From a virus (taxonomy: Duplodnaviria > Caudoviricetes): a stretch of 60,875 nt of DNA. This document shows positions 36,506-47,100 of this stretch, piece by piece. The stretch is taken from the IMG/VR virus record IMGVR_UViG_3300043395_000730, positions 1 to 60,875 of that record; one strand, 5' to 3'. The position numbers were made by a program, and so were the translations under genes. Position 1 is the stretch's first letter. Every line of letters starts with the position of its first letter. The notes below the pieces were generated by a model. The model was not told where the DNA came from and ran no database searches. It saw only the letters and a program-made list of their open reading frames with translations.

Positions 36506-38127
36506 TGGCAACTAGAAACGACTACTTTGGATATATACCATCAGAGACTAGGATCGACTGGGGTAAAATGACAGGTAATATTGCCAAAACACTAACTGAT
36601 AATTATACTGGAAGACAAAAAGTTTTAGATGAACTAGATCAACTCAAAACAACCAATGATGCTCTTGTAACAAACACAGAGAGAGGTAAAACTCAAGCTC
36701 TAAATGAGCTTATTCATTATGGTTCTGATGATGCCAAGATGAAAATGCTTGAGTGGAATAAAGCTCTAAAGAGAGGTGAGATAAATGCAAGAGAATACAG
36801 GAACAGAATGAACAATCTGACTGAAAATTGGAAGGCTTTTGCTAACAATATGAAAACATTCGATACAAGAATGCAAGACATTATGGCAAGACAACAGCCA
36901 GATGACAAGGGCAATATTGCTGGTTCTGGTTTTGAAGCTGCGGTCAATCAAAAAATAGCTTCGTTAGGTGACTTAAGAAATAAAAAAATAACGATAGACA
37001 AAGAAAGCGGAAAGGTATACTTGGGTTCATTAGACCCTAATACTGGCCAATACGATCCAAATACATTGATTGACGCTATGTCTATTGGAAATGTGTCAAA
37101 TATGTTAGATAATAGAGTAAATCTTTTAGATCTTACAAGCAATATAGCTAAATCATTTGCTGATTACTCAAGAGCTGACGCCAGGGGAAATGTAAGCGAT
37201 CCTAGAAATAATAAAGATATGATGGCAGCAAAGAATAACTTTATTAATGGTGTCTTATCAAACAATAGAATGGTTACAAGTATATTAGTTGATAATACAG
37301 ATGATGATTATGATATTTATTTTACAGGTGATGAAAAAAAAGATAAAATAAATAGTATGATTTCTGCTGAAAACCAAGCGAGATTACAGACAAGATTATA
37401 TACAAATGAACAAATAGATAAAAAAATAGCTGACTACAAAAAGAAAAATCCTAAAGCTAAAGCTGATAAAATAGAAGCTGAAAGAGAAAGGTTAAGTGAT
37501 ATGACGAAGCCTGCAATGACTGAAGCTGAGATTCAAATATTTTTAAAAGAAGCAGAGGCTAAATTAATCAAAGCAGAGCTTGATGAAAATGGTGTATATC
37601 AGCCAGTACCTACTCAAGAACAAATTGATGCCGCTAGAAAAACTATTGATTCTAGTATAATGTCTCAAGTATCTAGTAGTAAGACAGTAAACGCCCCAGT
37701 CACTAGATCATCTGGTGGTAGTATAGGTGGCTCATCTAAAGGAGAAGGAGCACCTAAGACTGAATTATATAAACATGTAATTACTTCATTTAATGATTTT
37801 TCTAATGAAGGTGCTACTGCATTAGCTGCTTTAACTGAAACTCCAGAAAAATATATATTCCAAGTAAATAAAACTAGAGATGGATGGGATATTTATCAAC
37901 GAGGTAAGGTTGACGAGTTTGGTAATGTATCAGGAAATACTCTTATTTTATCAACTAAAGACCCTAAAAAATTAGCCCCTCTTCTTGGATTTGCTACTGG
38001 TACGGGTACAAAATCATCTACAGCATTTGATGAATGGGAAGAAGCTAGGATAGCTTTAATGGGAGGAGGATCTACAAATAATAAGAACGCAAATTCAGCA
38101 GGTGATGACATATTTAAACCAAAATAA
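36505..38127 (+). CDS. Putative internal virion / DNA ejection protein
   Basis: 540-aa helical protein; synteny. Confidence 0.55.
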   Translation: MATRNDYFGYIPSETRIDWGKMTGNIAKTLTDNYTGRQKVLDELDQLKTTNDALVTNTERGKTQALNELIHYGSDDAKMKMLEWNKALKRGEINAREYRNRMNNLTENWKAFANNMKTFDTRMQDIMARQQPDDKGNIAGSGFEAAVNQKIASLGDLRNKKITIDKESGKVYLGSLDPNTGQYDPNTLIDAMSIGNVSNMLDNRVNLLDLTSNIAKSFADYSRADARGNVSDPRNNKDMMAAKNNFINGVLSNNRMVTSILVDNTDDDYDIYFTGDEKKDKINSMISAENQARLQTRLYTNEQIDKKIADYKKKNPKAKADKIEAERERLSDMTKPAMTEAEIQIFLKEAEAKLIKAELDENGVYQPVPTQEQIDAARKTIDSSIMSQVSSSKTVNAPVTRSSGGSIGGSSKGEGAPKTELYKHVITSFNDFSNEGATALAALTETPEKYIFQVNKTRDGWDIYQRGKVDEFGNVSGNTLILSTKDPKKLAPLLGFATGTGTKSSTAFDEWEEARIALMGGGSTNNKNANSAGDDIFKPK

Positions 38128-41100
38128 ATGAACGATAAATTACAACAACTTTATAATCTATACAAGAGTAAAGGTTTAATTAATACTACAGATTTTAATA
38201 CATTCGCTTCTGCAAACAGTCAGCAAATCCAACAACTATATAATCTTGGAAAGAAAAATGGCCTGTTTAATACTACAGATCTTAATACATTTAGTTCTGC
38301 ATTTAGTCCTCAACAAAAATGGAGACAAGTAACTGAGAAGGAAAGTGCAGGTAGATTGAATTACAGAAAAGATGATTTCAGAACTTGGGACATAGTAGAA
38401 GAGACTCAGAAGGGAATGACCAAGGAGGAGAGAAAGAAAACTGGGTTTGATTATACGCCAGAACAAATAGCTGCTGGTAAAAAAGCTGTTGCTATGGAAG
38501 AGGCTCCAGTTATTGAATACTCTGACCTTAAACTGAGAAGAGGTAAGGATGGCGTTTTCTACAAGGTAGAAGGTAATAATTGGTACGAGGTGGCATTTCC
38601 TAGAGATATGTCAAAAAATATTATAAACGAAAGTGTAGTAAGTCTTGAGGGCTCTGATCTTTATAAAATAAATGATCCTAAAAAAGTAGAGAGCTTAAAC
38701 ATTGAGTTTGGCGAAAAAGTAAAATTACCTAATGCTGGTTTTGATACCGATCAAAAATTAATCAAGTCTGGCATAGATACAAAAATACCATCTGTTCTAA
38801 ACAAAGCAGTCAAACCAGAGGATGATCCGTATGATGTTTTTGGAGGATGGGACGATAATACTAGAGGTCTTAGATTTAGAAAGGACGATTATTCTAATGT
38901 TTGGCTGCAAATCAAACCAGGTGTTGATTCAGGATGGTCTGTAGTTACAGAAACCATGGCTAAAGAATTAAACAAGCGTTATGGTGGTAAGTATGGTTCT
39001 GTGCCTAAACAAGCTGAGAACTTGACTGATTACCAGATATTAAACAAGACGTACGGACAAGAAGGTGGTTCTGGAGTCTTAAAAAGAGAACTACTTCCAG
39101 ATGGAGAGCCTACTTTTGGACTTCCGAAATCAGTAGAGAATGCAGGTTGGTTTCAAACACTTTACCCTCAGACAATGATGGGTCAAGTTGTAAATGCTCA
39201 AGAGGCGAGAAGAAGAGGTATGACATCTTTTGATGACAAGGTACATAGATTCGTATCGAATAATAATATAGCTAGACTTGAAGAAGAAGAGGCTGTAAAA
39301 ATGCTTACAAATGAGTTCGGTAGATATGGTTTTGAGTTTATAGAATCTGGAGTTAATGACGAGATGATCGTAAGAACAAAAGATGGCTTACGTGAAGTAG
39401 TAATAAATCTTGATACTGATGATCTAGGAGAAAATATAAGACTTCAAGATTTCTTAATAGTTAATATGGACCCATCTGCTTACGAGGCAGGTGATCAAAA
39501 ATACGCAGAGCTTATAAATAGAGACAGACGTCTCATTTATTCTAATAATGGTAGCAACAGTGCATCTCTTTATAAAGACCTAAAAGAGTTATTTAACGAT
39601 GAGGACTATAAAATATGGGCTCAAAATTTACCTTACGGTGAACTAGAACAAGAGGTAAACTATAGGATAGGTGAGTATAGAAGCTTAATGAATAAACCTG
39701 GAGTTAATAGCTCTGAAGTATTTAAAGATATGGAGACGTTTAAAAAATCTCCTATGTATCAACAATATCAAAAAAATAAGAAAGAGGCATTTGAGCTCGA
39801 AAGAATGAAAATGCAGTCACTGTATGATGAAGTTAGATTAGATCCAGGACAAAATTCAAGAGCTAGACAAAAGGTTAGAATGTTCTTGTCTGATAAATAT
39901 TTAGACAAAGCAAAAACTGAGTACAATGCAATGCTAAATGATATCAATCAGTCTGCTAAATTTTTAAAGACTAGATATGATGAATATCATAATGAACTTC
40001 AGAAATTAAACACGTCAAACTTAACGCCAGAACAAATAAGAGTTAAGAAAGAACAACTTGACAAAATGGCGTTACAGCTGGATGTAGATCGATCTAACTT
40101 AATTAGAAGACAAAAGGCCGTTACAACTGAAGCCAAGCAGCTTGAGTATTTAACAGGTAAGTATGTTGTTGACGTGGCTAAAGAAGGTGGATTTATTGGT
40201 GGGTTGATGAATAGCTTCTCAGACGGTATATCAAAAATGATAAAGACAGGAGATGTTGTTGGAAGGTTGCAAGCAGAGACAAAGGGTTCTCAGATTGCAG
40301 ACAACATGACAGAAGAGGAAAAGAGATACTATAAAACAAAAGGATATTCATTAGAAGAGATTAAAATAGCAGAGGCTAATAAAGCTTGGAAGGAATCAAA
40401 AGAAGATCTTTCTAACAGGATGAAGTCCGCTATTGGTGATCTAGCTACAACTAAACAGTACCAACAGTCTGAAGATAGAGGTATTGTTAGTAAAGCATTG
40501 TTTGGTCTTGCAGAATCTCTTCCAGCAATGGCTACATCATTTATTAATCCATACGTTGGTTTTGGATCATTGTCAGCTCAAGCATATTCATCTTTAGAGG
40601 ATGAGATGTTAAATGATCCAGATTTTGAAACAACGTCACTTACAGAGATGAACTTAATAGCATTACCATATGCTATGGCTATGGGAGCCTTGGAAAAGAT
40701 TGGTCTTAGTTCAGCTATGTCTAAAAACCCTCTTGCTAAGTCTCTTATAATGAAGTCTATACAAGGGGCTGTTAAAAAGACAACAGGTAAAGGATCAGCA
40801 GAACTTTTACAAAATGTACTAGACAAAGAGATCAAGTCGAATATGGCTAAGTTTGGAATAAGGATAGTCGGTGGTGCACTAACCGAGGCTGAAACTGGGG
40901 CTACTCAGTCATTGGTACTTGATATTGGATATAAGAGCTTGATCAACGAAATAAAAAAAGACGATAGACTAGCAAGCGAACTAACTGGAGGTGAGTTTTT
41001 TGATACCCCAGATAGCTTTATGGATGGTCTAAAGATGGTTATAGAGGATGGTATAGCTGAAGGTATTGGCGGTATGGTTATGAGTGGATTTGGATCTATG

Positions 41101-44100
41101 TCTCAAAAGGTTATAAATGGAAATATATCTCTTTATGATAATGAAGATGTTGATTTTTTAAAAACTGTTTCAACTGACAACGAGCTAAGAAAGATGATTG
41201 TGATAAAACTTAAGAGCGATATGCTTACTGGTAAAATTACAAAGTCTGAAGCTGAGAAACAATTGAACGCTCTTGATAAGGTTGGTGCTATATTTAATGC
41301 TATGCCTGACAACCTAAGTGTTGAGGACCAAGTTAAGTCTGTAAACCTTATGTCTGAAAAGCAAAGACTTGAAAAAGAAATTGACGGCAAGGATCAATCT
41401 CTTGTTGCCGCTCAAAAGGAAAGAATAACAGAGATTGATAACGAACTACAAAAAATTAGTAAAGATGCCTTTCAAAAGCAAGCAACAGGTGAAGTTCCTG
41501 TACAGCCAGAAGCCAGAGTTGGCGAAGAAGTGGAGGGAAGAAAACCCGAAACAAAACTTGAAGAAGTTACCAAAAAAGGTCAAGAAGGTGTAGTACAAAC
41601 ACAAGTTCCTAGAAAAAAAGGTTGGCAAAATAGTGTTGTTAAAAAAGAAGAATCAACTACTCCATCTGGAGATAAAGTAACTACATATAAGGCTTATGCT
41701 GTAAATGAAAATGGCAAAGAGACTAATATGGGAACAGGTATCTTAACTACTATAGGAGAAATTGCACCTTTAGTAAAAGGAACTGAAGGTGAATTAATGT
41801 TTTATGATGAAGATGGTAATTTAAAAGAAGATCCTAATGCTGAACTTTATATAACAAAAACAATAGAGGGAACCAATCAAGATGGAAGCTATCAACAGAG
41901 GGTTACAGTAGTTGCTAAAGGAGATTTAGAATTTAATGGAAGGATACAAGCTGATTTTACTACAAATAAAAATGTTGTAGTAGGCGAATCATCTTATAAA
42001 TCTAATTTAACAACTAAACAACAACAAGAAGTAACAATAGATAAACCTGTTATTGCTACAAATACAACGGCCGAACTTGATAGAGTTAAGTCTGTTGATA
42101 TGGAGACTGAAGATGGTGCTACGTTTAATATAGACGGAACTAAGTACGAAGGTGGTGGTTTGGTTGTTCCTATTGTTAGTGAGAACACTACTGTTGAGGA
42201 GATCACTCCAGAGATGATATCTGACTTTGTTGAAAAACATTCAAGCAAAATTGGAGATCAAAATACAGTTAAGGTTGGTATATATAAATTCCCTAACAGT
42301 AACAAGGTATCGATAGACCTAAATATCGTTGCTCCAGAGTCATCAAGACAGCAAGCCATTGAGTTTGCAAAAGCTGCTGATCAAGAGTCTCTGTTTGATT
42401 TATCTACATTTGAGAATGTAAAGACTGGCGGTACTGGAGTTAATCCTACACAATTTACTGACGAACAATTTAAAGAGATAGCTAAAGCTCTTAACGAAGG
42501 AAGAACTCCTAGTTTTGCAGCACCTACGCAACAAAACCTAGTAACACTTGAGAATGTAGAAGAGGTTGCAGACAAAAGAACAGCCACTGCCATTAAGTTG
42601 GTATTGAACGCTCTTCCTGACGTTAAGATATATATTCACAAGACAAACGAAGAGTACTCTGCCGCAATAGGTGAAGAGGCTGAAGCTGGAGACAGAGGAG
42701 CATACGATACACAAGAAGGAGCTATACACATTAATTTAGCAGCTGGAGGTAACGCTCAAACTGTTTTCCATGAGGCTATCCACCATGCATTACTAAAGAA
42801 AGGTATGGACAGTGGAGCTATACTTGATTTGGCTAATGGTCTTAATAGAATAATTACTGACAAGAAGTTAAAGAAAAGGTTAAGTGATTTCATATCTCAA
42901 TATGAAACATCTGACCAAGCTGAAGAGTATTTGTCAGAACTAGGGGCCATAATGGCTGAAGCTGAGATCGAACTAACTACAACAAAGTTCAATCAGTTTA
43001 AAGCGCTTATCGCTAGAATATTCCAAAAGTTAGGACTACCTAAATCTATGGTTCCTTTCTTGAATGCTATGAATTCAGAGAACGCTGTTGACTTTATTAA
43101 TAGTTTGACTAAATCTTTGAGGACTGGTGAAAACATAATGACTGACGGTTTTCAATCAACTATTAATCCAACTAACAAAATAAAGAAACAGGTTGAAGTT
43201 AAAGAAGGATATAAGCTTTCTTATGTTAAACAGTCTGATATAATAGATATACAATCATTAATATCTGACATTGCTTCAAATGATCAAAATGTTTGGTTCT
43301 GGGTTGCTGATCAACTTGGTAGAGGATTTGTTGAGGATGATGTTATAGATGGAAAACACTATTTAGATGCTGGGCCTTCATTTGCTCTTGATCCTAAAAA
43401 TAGAGAGAGAGGTATAATATGGGCGTCTGGAGCTAATCCAAGGACACTTCAAAATAATATAAATAAAAGTGATTATATATTCATTATAAGTGGATCGCCT
43501 CAAAAATCAAAGTTATTTAATAAGACCGTATCAAATCTAGTAAGATCTAGAATAGAAAAAAGTGTTGATTTCGATACATTTAAAAAATCACTTATAGAGG
43601 CTAATGCTCCAAAAGATATAACGTCAATACTTGAAAAATATAACAGTTATGATGATTTATTTAATGGTCCAGATAGAAAAGCATTTTTAATAGCTATAGG
43701 CAATCAAGCAAATAAGAAGGCTACTAAATCTAAACAATTACTTGAATCATATAATGCTTTTGTTGATTATGATTCATTGAGAGATGATTTCTATAGAGAG
43801 AATGGATTTGAAATGGGTGATATAATGCTTGTATTGAAGCCTACAGGTGTTGGTGAAAAATCAGATCATTCGACATATGAGAATAATATTTTAGGTGAAG
43901 TTGTAGGTGTTCCAGATTCTATAATAAATTCTTATGATATCCTTCCAGAAGAAACTAGAAATAAATACAAAGAAGATATAAGCAGAGTTCAACAACAACA
44001 AGTTGTGGCTCCTTATGGTATGGGTGTTAGTAAAGTTAAAAAACACAAAGGTGAAAAAATAACTGCACCAGTAGCTGGAAACAAGTTGTTCAATGAGCCT

Positions 44101-47100
44101 TTAAAGGATGCTGAAAATATAGCTAGATCTTACATGCAATCTATCGGTATGGAATACGTGCCAGTAGAAAAGATAACAAAACTAGATGAAGATCTTTCAA
44201 AAAGAATATCTGACGCTTACGATCAGATGGAAAATAATCCAAACGATCCGAAGGTAAAGGCTGCTTATGAGGCTATGGCTAAGGAAACATTAGATCAGTA
44301 TGACGCTATAGTTAAAGAAGGCTACAATGTTGAGATAAATAATAACGAGCCTTACTCCAACTCTGAGGCTATGATAAAAGACCTTAAGGATAATAAGAGG
44401 ATGAAAATATTCTCTACAGAATCTGGTTTTGGAGATGAGCCTATAACTGAAGAGCAGAGATCTGAAAATTTATTATTAAAAGACTCTGGAAGAAAGGATG
44501 TAAATGGTGAGACTTTATTGATCAATGACGTGTTTAGATTTGTGCATGACTTCTTTGGTCACGCCAAACTAGGCAACAGTTTTGGTCCAGTAGGAGAAGA
44601 GAATGCTTGGAGAGTTCACTCTGAGATGTATTCTCCAGAAGCTAGAAAGGCTATGACATCTGAGACAAGAGGTCAAAATAGCTGGGTTAATTTTAGTGGT
44701 GTAAATGACGCTGCATTCAAGAAGAGAGATAAGGCTAGAGAACTTCGTAAAGAAGGTAAGACAGAAGAGGCTGATAGATTGGTAGGTGAGGTATATGAGG
44801 AGATGAAATTTGCCGATCAAAAGGTTGGCATATTGCCAGATTTTGCTATTGAAGAGGGGACTAGGTTTAAAAAACAGAAAGATAATACTGGATATAGATC
44901 TGGGGATTTAATAAAAAAAGCAGAAACTAAAGATAAATTCGAAGGAAGTGATAGAAGCACTGGTCATTTTGGCACTGGATTTTATTTTTTTGGAACTAAA
45001 AACCAAGCAGATCAATATGGTGAACGAGCTACAAGTACTATTGATTTAGATGGATATAATTTAGCAAAAGGAACTATTGAACTTCATGATTTATTAAAAG
45101 ATATCAATAACAATTCTATAGGTAAAAATAAAAATATAGATAAATTAAAATCTAGAATTGAAAATTTATTAAATTACCTAGGTAAATCAGAAGTTACCAA
45201 ATTAAGTCGCGATTATTCTGAACTAGAATTTAAATCTTATGTTCAAAGTGAAATAAATCAAAAAAATAAAATAGAATCAATAATAAATGAAATAAATAAT
45301 AATAATGTTGATTCTCCATCAACAGTAGTTATGAAATCGTTGGGATTTGATGGTGTAGATTCAAGAGGTACAGATTTAGATAATGCTCAATATGGAAGTG
45401 TAGTATATTCAATAAAACAATTCAAAAAACAAAAACCAACATCCAAACAAGAGGCCATCCAAAAGGCCAAGGATAAGTACGAACTGTCTGTAGAGAAGAG
45501 AGGTAATTCTCACGAGCAAGGCGTAGCCGCTGCTCTTGGTGACTTGCAAAAGTCTAATTGGTTTGCAAACGCTGACGATACAGCTAGAGAAGATGCAGTT
45601 AGAGAGATCAAGGCTTTCTTTGGTGAGAAGATTAAGAAGGCTCCATCTGTTGCTAAGATTTTAGGTAAACCAAAACCAGAGACGCAAACAAAAACCGTTG
45701 ATGCCTTACGAAAAGAATTCTTTACTGCTTGGAACAAAGCGTCAAGAGAAGCAAAGGCCGATCTAAATTCCAAAAGAAAAGCCATCGGAGCTATCATCAA
45801 GTCAATGGTCCGATCTGGCAAAATAACTACCAAACAAGCAGCCGTTATAACAGACAGGGCTAGCAGTATAAATCTTGAGAACCCAGTAATTGTACAAAGA
45901 TTCTTGGACTACGTTAGTAAGGTATTTGCTGACGCTAACTATCAAGAGAAGTTAAGCAACGCTTTCTCTACTAGAAAAGCGATAAGAAGATTAACTAAGT
46001 CAAACAACCAAGCAGAGGTTATAGGGATGGCTAAGGCATTCCTAAATATAGACCCATCAATGGTTGAAGACATAGACACATACAACGAGATAGCTGAGTC
46101 AATCAAAAATGCTATGGCTCCATCTGTTGTAAGAGGAGAGCAAGTTAAGTTCAAGCAACCAGCCAATATAGCTGACGTGAATGAATACACGATGGAAGAG
46201 CTGTCAAAACAAGAGGAAATTAAAAAGGACCAATTGTTGGCTGAGTATGACTACCTTAAGGATGCTGGTTTGATATCTAAAGACATGACTCTAAATGAGA
46301 TAAGAAAGATCATAGAGGATATGAAGTCTACAGATACTGATATCAACGATGACGTTAAAGACTTTGTTGAGAGAAGACTAGATATGATGCTTGGTATTGT
46401 AGAGTCTATTATTAGAACTGGAGTCAATCCAATCACTGGAGAACCTATGGAGATATCTGATAAAAACAAAGATATCCTAAAAGCTATAATGAAGATGGAT
46501 CTAAAAGAACTTGATACAAGAAGCTTGATCTATCTATCTGAATCTGTAGATAACTTCCTAAATAACGGAATAACAAGCGGTCTTGAGGCTAATGTACAGT
46601 CATATGTTGGAGCTATGAAAGTTAAGGCTCTTGTAAATGCTGGCGTTAAATCTGTTGGTATAAAAACAAAAGCTTCTAAGATAGCATCTACTGAAATACT
46701 TAGCATACCTTTATTATTTGAAAAATTATTTAGAGGTACTACTATTGGTACTAGAATAATGAGTGATATGGGATTGTTGGATATGGTTAACGGCAAAAAT
46801 AAAGCTGAACTTATATACAACAAAATACTTGAATCGTACACAAAGCAAGATTTCTACGGAAAGGACTTTATGACTCAACAGAACATCATAGAAAGAGGTA
46901 TGCTTGCATATCTTATGAGAAATGTTAATGGTGATAACGCTCAAGTTAAAGCAGAACTAAACAGGAGAATTGACGCTATATCTGAGAGTATTAAACAACT
47001 AAAAGAAGGAAATAGCGATGAGCAGAAACTAGCTGAAATGTATGAGAATGCATTCTCTAAGTTAAAAGTAAATTCTAGAGACATTGATATCATAAGAGCT

